Shown: positions 1 to 8,536, counted from the stretch's first letter. The stretch: DNA of 24,000 nucleotides from Sphaerimonospora mesophila NBRC 14179 = JCM 3151 (GCA_001552515.1 BCRI01000004.1:70884-94883); one strand, 5' to 3'. Notes: generated from the sequence alone by a model not told the origin. Numbers and translations: made by a program.

Positions 1-1130
1 CGGTGGTTCACCGTCGCGGCGGCCACCGGGGCGCCGTCTCGGGTCCACTGGATGAGCGCACTGCGTTCTTCGAGAGATCCGGTGAGGATGTTCAGCGTGG
101 AGCCCGGCATGATCTCGCCGCAGACCTTGATGTCGAGTCCCCACTGTTCGGTCCAGTAGTACGGTGACGGGCGGTAGGCGGGAGCCTCGTCGCCCATCAG
201 CAGCGCCATGGCGGCGGCACGCGCCTGGGCTATGGCGCTCCCCCAGTGGGGTGAGCGCCGGGGCCGGCCGGTGCGCTCGCTCACGCGGGCCACGACGTCA
301 CCGGCCGCGACGATGCCCGGGGCGACCCGGCAGCGTTCGTCGACGAGCAGGCCCGCCGGCCCGCCGAGCCCGGCGTCCGCCAGCCACTCGACGTTGGGCA
401 GGTCGCCCACGGCGCTGACCACCACGTCGGCTTCCAGGAGCTCCCCTTCGGAGGTCCGCACGGCCGTCGGGCGGCCGTCGCCCGGCAGTTCCACGCCACC
501 GGGCGCGCGGACCAGCCGCACGCCCTCGTCCAGAGCGGCGCGGGTCATGTGCTCGGCCAGGAAGGCGCCGAACTGCCGCACCAGCGGAGGGTCCTGGTCG
601 ACGACGGTGACGTCGAGCCCGAGCCCGCGCGCCGTCGAGGCGATCTCCATGCCGAGGAACCCCCCGCCGACGACGATCAGCGAGGCCGCCTCGGCGAAGA
701 TCGCGCGCAGCCGGACAGCGTCGTCCAGGTCGCGCACCACCAGCTCACCGGCGTCGCCCGCCTGCGGGTCGTACGGCCGCAGCCGCCGGGCCCGCGCGCC
801 GGAGGCCACCACCAGGCCGTCGTACGGCAGTTCCTCCCCGCCGTCGAGCAGCACCCGGCGACGGGCGCGGTCCAGGCCGACGGCGCGTGACCCGGTGCGG
901 AAGTCGATATCGGCGCGCAGCGGCGATATGAAGACGGACTCCGGCGTCTCCGTGCCCTTGAGCATCCCCTTGGACAGCGGCGGCCGGACGTAGGGTGCGT
1001 GACGCTCCTCGCCGACCACGGTGATCGAGCCCTCGTGACCGTGCTGGCGCAGGGCGTCCGCGGCGGTGACGGCGGCCACCGAGCCGCCGACCACGACGAT
1101 GTCGCCGCCGGTCCCGATGCCACCCGTCAC
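1..1130 (-). CDS. FAD-dependent ferredoxin--NAD(P)+ reductase (pyridine nucleotide-disulfide oxidoreductase family); 3' end runs off the window
   Basis: Manual minus-strand translation from GTG at 1130..1128 gives VTGGIGTGGDIVVVGGSVAAVTAADALRQHGHEGSITVVGEERHAPYVRPPLSKG... This has the N-terminal GxGxxG/A FAD fold and the PYxRPPLSK motif of putidaredoxin-reductase-type enzymes. A second Rossmann motif, LIVVGGGFLGMEIA, follows. The frame is absent from the ORF track because it has no stop in the window. Its GTG overlaps the ferredoxin stop (GTGA). Confidence 0.85.
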   Translation of the reverse strand, partial: MTGGIGTGGDIVVVGGSVAAVTAADALRQHGHEGSITVVGEERHAPYVRPPLSKGMLKGTETPESVFISPLRADIDFRTGSRAVGLDRARRRVLLDGGEELPYDGLVVASGARARRLRPYDPQAGDAGELVVRDLDDAVRLRAIFAEAASLIVVGGGFLGMEIASTARGLGLDVTVVDQDPPLVRQFGAFLAEHMTRAALDEGVRLVRAPGGVELPGDGRPTAVRTSEGELLEADVVVSAVGDLPNVEWLADAGLGGPAGLLVDERCRVAPGIVAAGDVVARVSERTGRPRRSPHWGSAIAQARAAAMALLMGDEAPAYRPSPYYWTEQWGLDIKVCGEIMPGSTLNILTGSLEERSALIQWTRDGAPVAAATVNH

Positions 1131-1318
1131 GGCTCCAACCTCAGCGCCGCGACCGGGCACACCCGCACGGCGGCCTCGGCATTGGCTGCGTCGCCGGGCG
1201 CGACCTCCTCCGACAGGACCTTCAGGTCACCCTCGTCATCGAGCTCAAGCAGGTGGGGCGCGGCCTCGGCGCAGAATCCGTAGCCCTCGCAGCGCGCCTC
1301 ATCGACGGTGATCCTCAT
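1127..1318 (-). CDS. small single-cluster (3Fe-4S type) ferredoxin
   Basis: 63-aa ORF MRITVDEARCEGYGFCAEAAP...VRVCPVAAL with a CxxxxxC...CP cysteine pattern, typical of actinobacterial P450/oxygenase-associated ferredoxins. It is translationally coupled (4-bp GTGA overlap) to the reductase. Confidence 0.85.
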   Translation of the reverse strand: MRITVDEARCEGYGFCAEAAPHLLELDDEGDLKVLSEEVAPGDAANAEAAVRVCPVAALRLEP

Positions 1319-1350
1319 GTCAGCACCTCAGTAAGCGAATATCCGGAAAA

Positions 1351-2811
1351 TCAGACGGGGTAGGTGGGCGGGGTGGGCCGTGCCGTGACCCACTGCCAGA
1401 AGGTGAACTCGTCCAGGTTCCAGTGGCCGCCGTAACGGCCTCCGTTCCCGGACGCGCCCATGCCGCCCATGGGGATGTGCGCGGCGTCGTTGATGGTCTG
1501 CCCGTTGATGTGGACCATGCCGGTGTGCAGCCGCTCGGCCAGGGCGAGTCCACGCGAAACGGACCCGGTGTGGATCGCCGCGGACAGGCCGTACTCGGTC
1601 TGTCCGGCCAGTTCGACCGCCTCGGCGTCCGAGGAGAACCTGGTCACCGGGATCACCGGACCGAAGATCTCCTCACGGAACGCGCGCACGCCGGGCGTGA
1701 CCCGGTCGAGCACGGTGGGCTTGTAGAAGGGCCCGTCATGGGAGCCGCCGGTGCGCAGCACCGCGCCCGCCTCGACCGAGCCGGTGACGATGTCGTGGAC
1801 GCGCAGCGCCTGGCGCGCGTCGATGAGCGGGCCGACCCGCACCTCCGGGCGGCGCGGATCGCCCACGACGAGGGACCGGGCGTGCGCGGTGAGCCGCTCG
1901 ACGTACTCGTCCGCGATGCTCTCGTGCACGAGGTGGCGGCCGGTCGCCATGCATATTTGGCCCTGGTGCAGCAGCGAACCCCAGGCCGCGTTGTTGACCG
2001 CAGCGTCCAGGTCCGCGTCGTCCAGGACGATGAGCGCGTTGTTCCCGCCCAGTTCGAGGACGACCCGCTTGAGCAGGCCACCGGCGATCTCGCCGACCCG
2101 GCGTCCGGTCGCGGACGACCCGGTGAACGAGATCACCCGCGTGTGCGGCGAGCGGACGACGGCCTCGCCGGCCTCGGGTCCGCCGGGCAGCACGTGCAGC
2201 AGTCCGGATGGCAGGCCCGCTGCCTCGAACACCCGGGCCAGCGCGACGCCGCCGCTCAGCGTGGTCTTCACATCCGGCTTGAGCAGGACGGCGTTACCGA
2301 GGGCGAGCGCGGGGGCCACCGACCTGACGGCGAGCATGAGCGGAGCGTTCCACGGCGCGATCACACCGACGACGCCGGCAGGAACCCGCCGGGCCATGCT
2401 CAGCACGGACGTGTCGTCGTGCGGCAGCAACTGCCCGTACGGCTGGTCCGTCAGGCCGGCCGCCGAGCGCAGCTCGTCGAGGGCCTTGGTCACCTCCTGC
2501 TCGGCCTTGGCCCTGATGCCTCCGGTCTCCCTGATCATCATCTCGACGATGTCGGCCCGCATGGACTCGAGGGCGAGCGACGCCCTGGCCATCACGTCGG
2601 CGCGCTCCTTGTAGGAGGCACGGGCCCATTCACGCTGGGCCTCGGCCGCGACCGCGCCGGCCCGCTCGACGTCCGCCTCGTCGGCGAGACCGATCTCACC
2701 GATGCGCTCACCGGTCGCGACCTCCACCACGTCAGCGGTCCCGCCGCCACCACGACGCCATCCGGCCGAGAACAGGTGTCCGGAGACCGAGGCGAAGTCA
2801 CATCGACTCAC
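1351..2811 (-). CDS. NAD(P)+-dependent aldehyde dehydrogenase (benzaldehyde/vanillin dehydrogenase-like)
   Basis: 486-aa ORF with ALDH hallmarks: VIAPWNAPL, FTGSSATGRRV, the glutamate motif LELGGNN, the catalytic Cys motif QGQICMA and EEIFGPV. Confidence 0.92.
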   Translation of the reverse strand: MSRCDFASVSGHLFSAGWRRGGGGTADVVEVATGERIGEIGLADEADVERAGAVAAEAQREWARASYKERADVMARASLALESMRADIVEMMIRETGGIRAKAEQEVTKALDELRSAAGLTDQPYGQLLPHDDTSVLSMARRVPAGVVGVIAPWNAPLMLAVRSVAPALALGNAVLLKPDVKTTLSGGVALARVFEAAGLPSGLLHVLPGGPEAGEAVVRSPHTRVISFTGSSATGRRVGEIAGGLLKRVVLELGGNNALIVLDDADLDAAVNNAAWGSLLHQGQICMATGRHLVHESIADEYVERLTAHARSLVVGDPRRPEVRVGPLIDARQALRVHDIVTGSVEAGAVLRTGGSHDGPFYKPTVLDRVTPGVRAFREEIFGPVIPVTRFSSDAEAVELAGQTEYGLSAAIHTGSVSRGLALAERLHTGMVHINGQTINDAAHIPMGGMGASGNGGRYGGHWNLDEFTFWQWVTARPTPPTYPV

Positions 2812-2960
2812 TGAAAACGCTCCAATCGGTGGGGGCGAACCGGAAAAAGCCCGGTTACGTCGGCGTTTTCAGGAGATTACGCCGCACGATCCGGCGTCAC
2901 CTCGCTACGAGTGAACTAATCTGCGTGCGGAAACTTCGACACGGTGTCGCAACGGGAGGG

Positions 2961-4145
2961 ATGGGCGTGAGCCTCGACGACATGGTCCAGACGCTCGCGG
3001 AGCAACTCGGCGGCCCGGTCGTCCTGTACGACGCCGACCTGAACCTCGTGGCGTTCAGCGTCCACGGAGACGACGTCGACGAGGCCCGCCGGTCGGTGAT
3101 CCTCTCCCGCAGGGCGAGCGTCCGCGCCCAGGAGATGATCGCGGCCTACCAGGTGCGCAAGGCCCGATCCCTGGTCCGGCTGCCTCCGCACGGGGAAACG
3201 CCTGCCCGGATCGTCTACCCGGTGTGGCACGCGGGCCACGTCCTCGGCTATGTCGCCTATATCGACAAAGGGCCAGACAAAGAGCCAAGGCCCCAACACC
3301 AGCGGTTCCTGTCCAAGGCGGAGCCGGAGATCGGGGCGATGCTGGCGCTGCGCGCCCTGCAGCGCCGCCAGTCGTCGGACGAGCCGCGCCGTCTGCTGTC
3401 CGAGCTCCTCTCCGAGGTCTCCGCCACCCGCGAGGCCGCGGCGGCCGAGCTGCTCGAAACCGGTCTGGTGAGCTCTGCCGCCCGCTACTCCGCAATGGTC
3501 TTCCGGCCGGCCCAGCAGCCGACCCGTACGTCGGGCGCCGTGAGACTAGCGATCGAACAGGCACTGTCGATGATCGTCAGGTCGACGTCGCTGAAGGCGT
3601 GCGGAGCGGTGCTCGGCGACGAGGGCGTGCTGGTGATCCCCCGGCCGGTGAACCCCGAACGGCTGGCCAACCTGCTCAGCCGGCCGGGACTGGAGTCCCT
3701 GCGGGCCGGAGCCGGCGGGCCGCGTGAGTCCCTGGCGCTGGTGCGCGAGTCGCACCGCGAGGCGGTCATGGCCTGGCGTGCGGCGACGGCAGACCCGGCC
3801 AGCTACGGTACGTCGGCGCGCTGGGAGGATCTCGGGATCGACCGCCTGCTCATCCAACTGCCGCTCGACTCGCTCGCCATGGAGGACCTGCCGGTCGCCG
3901 TACGGCGGCTGCTGCAGGCCCGCTCCGGCGGGAAGCTCGCCGACACCCTGGAGGCATACCTCGACCACGGGGCCGATGCCCAGGCCACTGCCCGCCATCT
4001 CGTCATCCATCGCAGCACGCTGTACTACCGGCTCGGCCGGATCAACGACATCATCCGGTGCGACCTGGCAGACGGCCGGGTACGGCGTGAGCTGCACACC
4101 GGGCTCCGCGTCGCCACCCTCGCCGGACTTCGCGCCACGACGTGA
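2961..4145 (+). CDS. PucR/CdaR-family transcriptional regulator, divergent from the ALDH operon
   Basis: C-terminal PucR-type HTH (TLEAYLDHGADAQATARHLVIHRSTLYYRLGRINDI). The track ORF starts at 2829, but GGGAGGG at 2954-2960 precedes ATG 2961 / GTG 2967 (MGVSLDDMVQTL...). The longer form would nearly abut the divergent ALDH start, so the exact start is uncertain. Confidence 0.8.
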   Translation: MGVSLDDMVQTLAEQLGGPVVLYDADLNLVAFSVHGDDVDEARRSVILSRRASVRAQEMIAAYQVRKARSLVRLPPHGETPARIVYPVWHAGHVLGYVAYIDKGPDKEPRPQHQRFLSKAEPEIGAMLALRALQRRQSSDEPRRLLSELLSEVSATREAAAAELLETGLVSSAARYSAMVFRPAQQPTRTSGAVRLAIEQALSMIVRSTSLKACGAVLGDEGVLVIPRPVNPERLANLLSRPGLESLRAGAGGPRESLALVRESHREAVMAWRAATADPASYGTSARWEDLGIDRLLIQLPLDSLAMEDLPVAVRRLLQARSGGKLADTLEAYLDHGADAQATARHLVIHRSTLYYRLGRINDIIRCDLADGRVRRELHTGLRVATLAGLRATT

Positions 4146-4520
4146 AGTCGCGCAGGCGTGCCCGAAGCCCATCGTGACCACGACGTTTCCGGGTCGATCC
4201 GGACGGCAACGGCGGATCACCGCTTCCCGGCAGGAGTGACCTACCTGCTCCGGGGAGGTACGGGCCGAGCCGACACAGCCCCGCGCCCGGGACACCCGTG
4301 ACGGCGTCGTGGACGCGTCGTCCCGCGCCATCCCCTCCTCGTCGGACACGGTGTCGCATCGTCCGGACTGTGATTAGTACACCGAGGCGAGGTGCTCTGT
4401 GGTCCGTGGCACGTAGCATCGGCGGGCACAGCCGGCGGCACCTGGCGCGTTAGCACGCTCGCCGTGCCCCTTCCGCGTATCGGAGGCGGCATCGGTGCCG
4501 CTGTCGAAGGAAGTGATCTC

Positions 4521-5702
4521 ATGACGAATTCCCCCACGTCCTCCTGCTGTCCGACGTCCGGATCGGGCAGCTCGCGACGCGGCGTGCTCAAGGGCATCGG
4601 TGCGCTCGGCGGAATGGGTGTGGCCTCTTTGGCCGGGGCCGTGCTCACCCCCACCGCGGCGAATGCGGAATCGGCCAGGCCAGGGCCGGGCAGGCAGGAT
4701 TGGTCGGGTACGAGCGTGGTGCTGCTGGGCACCGGCGGTGGTCCGGTACCCATGACGGACCGGCAGATGACCTCGCAGGTCGTGGTGGTCGACGGTGCGG
4801 CGTACATGGTCGACTGCGGTAGCGGCGTGGTCCGGCAAATGTACGCGGCCGGGGTGACCCATGCGATGCTGCGGGCGTTGTTCGTGACCCACTTCCACGC
4901 CGACCACTTCTGCGACTACCTCCCGCTGATCCTGTTCGGACGGTCACTGCCCGGACACGAGTACGGCTATCCCGGTCAGTTGCATGTCTACGGTCCACCG
5001 TCGCTGGGCCTGCCGCCCGGGGTGCCGATGCCGGGGGTGGAGTTGATCCAACCGGACGACCCGCACCCGGGCATGACCGACGTCCACAACGGAGTGCTGG
5101 CCGGATTCGCCCCCACGACGAACAGCCAGGGAATCCGAGCCCGGCTCGGACCGGATATCCGGGACATCGTCGTGCCACACGACCTTCGGGTGAACGCCTC
5201 GGCCGATCTTCCGGCGCCGCCCCGGATGCGTCCTTTCAAGGTGTACGAGGACGATCGCGTGCGAGTGAGCGCCACCCTGGTCAACCACTACTGGCCCTTC
5301 CCGGCGTTCGGCTTCCGGTTCGACACCGACCACGGCAGCGTCACGTTCTCGGGCGACACCACGCCGAGCGACAACCTCGTGGAGCTGGCCCGGAACACCG
5401 ACGTGCTGGTGCACGAGATCATGGACGGCCAGAGCATGCTGGACCACGGCATGGCGGAATTCATGGTGACCGGTTTGCGTGGCTGTCACACCGATATCAC
5501 CGAGATCGGGGGCATTGCCGCGACGGCCGGAGCGCGCACCCTCGCCCTGTCGCATATCGTGCCGCTCTCGATCACCTCTCCGACGCCGCCGAAGCTCCCG
5601 GTCGGGCACTGGCGGTCGACGATCAGGCGGGACTACGACGGCACGGTCGTGATCGGACGAGATCTGCAGCGCGTGCGACTGGGCCGGCCATCGGGACGAT
5701 GA
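4521..5702 (+). CDS. Tat-signal MBL-fold metallo-hydrolase (RNase Z / lactonase-like fold)
   Basis: Internal ATG 4521 is preceded by GAAGGAAG. The N-terminus MTNSPTSS..GSSRRGVLKGIGALGGMGVASLAGAVLTPTAANA carries a twin-arginine motif (SRRGVLK) plus an h-region and AxA. The metallo-beta-lactamase motif is THFHADH, with later HE..D and SH residues. Confidence 0.8.
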   Translation: MTNSPTSSCCPTSGSGSSRRGVLKGIGALGGMGVASLAGAVLTPTAANAESARPGPGRQDWSGTSVVLLGTGGGPVPMTDRQMTSQVVVVDGAAYMVDCGSGVVRQMYAAGVTHAMLRALFVTHFHADHFCDYLPLILFGRSLPGHEYGYPGQLHVYGPPSLGLPPGVPMPGVELIQPDDPHPGMTDVHNGVLAGFAPTTNSQGIRARLGPDIRDIVVPHDLRVNASADLPAPPRMRPFKVYEDDRVRVSATLVNHYWPFPAFGFRFDTDHGSVTFSGDTTPSDNLVELARNTDVLVHEIMDGQSMLDHGMAEFMVTGLRGCHTDITEIGGIAATAGARTLALSHIVPLSITSPTPPKLPVGHWRSTIRRDYDGTVVIGRDLQRVRLGRPSGR

Positions 5703-5794
5703 AGTCTCGATCGCCTGTCCGACACCGTTGGCGGTTCCCCTCCGACCCGCGCGAACCGCTGCAGGAGGCGCGGCCGAGCCCGTGATCCCGCGGC

Positions 5795-6340
5795 TCAGCC
5801 GGGCCAGGCGCCGGCGATGAGATCGCGGGTGTCGCGCAGGAGCTGGGGCAGGACCCGGGTGTGCCCCACCACGGGCATGAAGTTGGTGTCGCCGCCCCAC
5901 CTGGGCACGACGTGCTGGTGCAGGTGGGCGGCGATGCCCGCGCCCGCGACGCCGCCCAGGTTCATCCCCACGTTGAACCCCTGCGCGCCGCTCGCCTTGC
6001 GCAGCGCCAGGGTCGACCGCTTGGTGAACTCCGCCAGCTCCATGGTCTCGGCGTCGTCCAGGTCCGCGTAGTCGGCCACGTGGCGGTACGGGCAGACCAT
6101 CAGGTGGCCGGAGTTGTACGGATAGAGGTTGAGCAGGGCGAAAACGGCGGAGCCGCGGGCGATGATCAGCCCGTCCTCGTCGGAGAGCTTCGGGATCTCG
6201 CAGAAGGGGCAGCCGTCGTCCTTTCCCGACCCGGTGGGCTTGTTCTCGCCCTTGATGTAGGCCATGCGGTGGGGAGTCCACAACCGCTGGAAGTTGTCGG
6301 GATCCCCCGCACCGGCCTGCTCGATCGGCTCTGAATCCAC
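5795..6340 (-). CDS. HIT-family nucleotide phosphorylase/hydrolase (Ap4A phosphorylase-like, the actinobacterial thrS-neighbour HIT protein)
   Basis: Histidine-triad motif HLHQHVVPRWGGD, plus NLYPYNSGHLMV and FQRLWTPHRMAYI. The track ORF starts at 6358 (GTG) but has no spacing to an SD. GTG 6340 follows GGAGGAGAGGG with normal spacing, so 6340 is preferred and 6358 remains possible. Confidence 0.85.
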   Translation of the reverse strand: MDSEPIEQAGAGDPDNFQRLWTPHRMAYIKGENKPTGSGKDDGCPFCEIPKLSDEDGLIIARGSAVFALLNLYPYNSGHLMVCPYRHVADYADLDDAETMELAEFTKRSTLALRKASGAQGFNVGMNLGGVAGAGIAAHLHQHVVPRWGGDTNFMPVVGHTRVLPQLLRDTRDLIAGAWPG

Positions 6341-6375
6341 GGTCGCCCTCTCCTCCACTCCCGGTGCGCGTTTTT

Positions 6376-6600
6376 GCAGCCGTTGGCAGCAGCATTTGAC
6401 TTTCTCCCCCTCCTGAAGGAGGGGATTCCTACAGCTCGCGCCGTAGGGCTTTCTGCTTCATCGCCGGCTGCCCGCCCGGAGGTCTCCGTTGAGGTCTTAC
6501 ACCGGCTCCACAGACCGACACCGCCAGCCCGGCGGCCAGAAGGTTCTTCGCCGCGTTCACATCCCGGTCATGGGTCGCCCCGCAAGCACACGTCCAGACG
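6376..6600 (-). ncRNA. predicted TnpB omega-RNA (reRNA) spanning the tnpB 3' end, the right-end hairpin and the flanking guide
   Basis: By analogy with characterised TnpB systems, the guide RNA covers the tnpB 3' end plus the RE. A 7-bp stem with tetraloop (CCCCUCC-UUCA-GGAGGGG, 6407-6424) sits 5 nt after the TAG stop, followed by GAGAAAGUCAA. Both the 5' and 3' extents are guesses. Confidence 0.4.
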
Positions 6601-7819
6601 CGGACGTGCAACGGCATCTTCTCCTGCACGGCGCCGCAGACCGAGCACAGCTCGGAGGAGGGGAAGAAGCGGTCGACCGCGACGACTTCCCGCCCGTACC
6701 AGGCGGCTTTGTACTCCAGAAGGCCCCGGAACTGCGACCATGCCGCGTCCGAGATGGCGCGGGCCGGGCTCCGGTCCTTGACCATGTTGCGGACGGTCAG
6801 GTCCTCGATCACGAGCGTTTGGTTTTCGCGCACGAGTCGAGTGGTCAGCTTGTGCAGGTGGTCACGCCTGCGGTCGGTGATGCGGGCGTAGATCCGCGCG
6901 ACCTTGCGCCGGGCCTTGGCCCGGTTGGCCCCCTCGCCCCTGGCCTTGCGGGCGAGGTTCCGCTGGGCGCGGGCCAGACGTTCCCGGTCGGCCCGCTCAT
7001 GCGGGGGGTTGGTGACCTTCTCCCCGGTCGACAGGACGACCAGGTGGTCGAGTCCGGCGTCGATGCCGACGGCGTTCCCGTTCGCCGGCAGAGGCGTGAC
7101 GGTCGGGTCCTCCACCAGCAGGGACACAAACCAGCGGCCCGTGCTGTCGCGGGACACCGTCACCGTGGTCGGCTTCGCCCCCTCAGGCAGCGGGCGAGAC
7201 CACACAATAGTCAGCGGCTCGGCCATCTTCGCCAGGGTGAGCCGACCGTTCCGGAACCGGAACGCGCTGGTGGTGTACTCCGCCGAGTCACGCGACTTCT
7301 TCCGGGATTTGAAACGCGGGTACCTGGCCCGCTTGGCGAAGAAGTTGGTGAACGCGGTCTGCAGGTGCCGAAGCGCCTGCTGGAGCGGAACGCTGGACAC
7401 CTCGTTCAGGTAGGCCAGTTCCTCGGTCTTCTTCCACGCCGTCAACATGGCCGAGGTCGCGTTGTAGGTGACCCGCTCCTGCCGCAGTGCCCACGCCTCT
7501 GTCCGGGCGGACAGCGCCATGTTGTAGACCTTCCGCACGCACCCGAACGTCCGGGCAAGCTCGGCGGCCTGCTCCGGCGTCGGGTAGAAGCGGTACTTGA
7601 ACGCCCGCTTCACAACGGAGGTCACATCTCACAATCTACCATGTCAGCTTGTGAAGCACTGCGGCGTATTCGGCCGGCAGACCACGAATCGCCCAGCGGC
7701 GATTCGTCTTTCCCTGCCCTGCTCCGCAGGAGTCCGATTCCTCCCTCGACTGAAGGCGGGGAGGGCCGGAGGTTTCCGATGACCCACGATCCCGCATGCG
7801 GCCGCCGGTACGGCCTCCC
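6396..7819 (-). mobile_element. non-autonomous IS200/IS605-family (IS1341-like) element carrying only tnpB; boundaries approximate
   Basis: tnpB is flanked by subterminal hairpins. RE hairpin: 6407-6424. LE side: a perfect 10-bp stem with 4-nt loop (ACGAATCGCC-CAGC-GGCGATTCGT, 7684-7707) and CCTCCC..GGGAGG at 7740-7764. In element orientation the latter shares the CCUUCAG core with the RE hairpin. On the minus strand, TCAA tetranucleotides lie just outside the proposed LE (7823-7820) and at the proposed RE end (6399-6396). No Y1 tnpA and no inverted terminal repeats, as expected for this family. Confidence 0.55.
6429..7625 (-). CDS. tnpB: TnpB (IS200/IS605-family OrfB, RNA-guided RuvC nuclease)
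   Basis: 398 aa. N-terminal KRAFKYRFYPTPEQAAELARTFGCVRKVYN (OrfB N-terminal HTH). RuvC-I is GIDAGLD, RuvC-II is LVIEDL, and RuvC-III is HDRDVNAAKN. The zinc finger is CSVCG...CACG. Confidence 0.93.
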   Translation of the reverse strand: MTSVVKRAFKYRFYPTPEQAAELARTFGCVRKVYNMALSARTEAWALRQERVTYNATSAMLTAWKKTEELAYLNEVSSVPLQQALRHLQTAFTNFFAKRARYPRFKSRKKSRDSAEYTTSAFRFRNGRLTLAKMAEPLTIVWSRPLPEGAKPTTVTVSRDSTGRWFVSLLVEDPTVTPLPANGNAVGIDAGLDHLVVLSTGEKVTNPPHERADRERLARAQRNLARKARGEGANRAKARRKVARIYARITDRRRDHLHKLTTRLVRENQTLVIEDLTVRNMVKDRSPARAISDAAWSQFRGLLEYKAAWYGREVVAVDRFFPSSELCSVCGAVQEKMPLHVRVWTCACGATHDRDVNAAKNLLAAGLAVSVCGAGVRPQRRPPGGQPAMKQKALRREL

Positions 7820-7837
7820 TTGACGCAGAGTGGAACC

Positions 7838-8524
7838 GTGACTCTACCGACGCCGTACCACGGCAGCGGTCCGGGGCCGATCACCCCGGACGGCTGCGCG
7901 GTGGACTACTACGCCATGCTCACTCCCAACGGCGAACCCGAGATCATCCACGCGGCGGCACCGGCCGGGGCGTCCATCCTGGAGCTCGGGGCCGGAGCGG
8001 GCCGGATCACCCGCGGTCTCCTGGCTCTCGGACACGAGGTCGTCGCCGTGGACGAGTCGCCCGAGATGCTCGCACACATCGAAGACACCGAGACGATCTG
8101 CTCCCCGATCCAGTCCCTGTCCGCCGGCCGGGCGTTCGACGTGGTCCTGCTCATGTCGTTCGTGATCGAGACCGCCGACGACGAACTCCGCCGGGCGTTT
8201 CTGCGCACCTGCAGAAGGCACGTGGCCGAGGACGGGTGCGTGATCCTGCAGCGCAAGCCCCCGGAGTGGTACGACACGATCCAGCCGTTCGAGCGGATCA
8301 CCGAAGCCGGCCACGTCGTCCGGATGACGGAGGTCAGCCGCCCCGCGCCCGATCTTCTGTACGCCACCATGGAGTACACCGTCGGCGACCGGCGCTGGAC
8401 CCATTCCTTCCTCAGCCGGCGCCTCGACGACGACTTCCTCCGCAGTTCCCTGGAGGAAGAGGGCCTGACGATGGCGGGTTTCCTCGGCGGAGATCGCGAG
8501 TGGGTGCGCGCGCTACCGGTCTGA
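7838..8524 (+). CDS. class I SAM-dependent methyltransferase
   Basis: SAM-binding motif I: ILELGAGAGRITRGLLALGHEVVAVDESPEML. Start is uncertain: the track gives 7796, and GTG 7838 (VTLPTPYHG...) lies outside the proposed IS left end. Confidence 0.75.
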   Translation: MTLPTPYHGSGPGPITPDGCAVDYYAMLTPNGEPEIIHAAAPAGASILELGAGAGRITRGLLALGHEVVAVDESPEMLAHIEDTETICSPIQSLSAGRAFDVVLLMSFVIETADDELRRAFLRTCRRHVAEDGCVILQRKPPEWYDTIQPFERITEAGHVVRMTEVSRPAPDLLYATMEYTVGDRRWTHSFLSRRLDDDFLRSSLEEEGLTMAGFLGGDREWVRALPV

Positions 8525-8536
8525 GTCCCCCGCCGC

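Noticed and set aside
4944-6395. 483-aa minus-strand ORF
   Set aside because: It is antisense to the MBL hydrolase gene and out of frame with the HIT gene. Its translation is low-complexity and Arg-rich.
6489-7823. 444-aa plus-strand ORF
   Set aside because: It is antisense to tnpB, whose frame carries unmistakable TnpB motifs.
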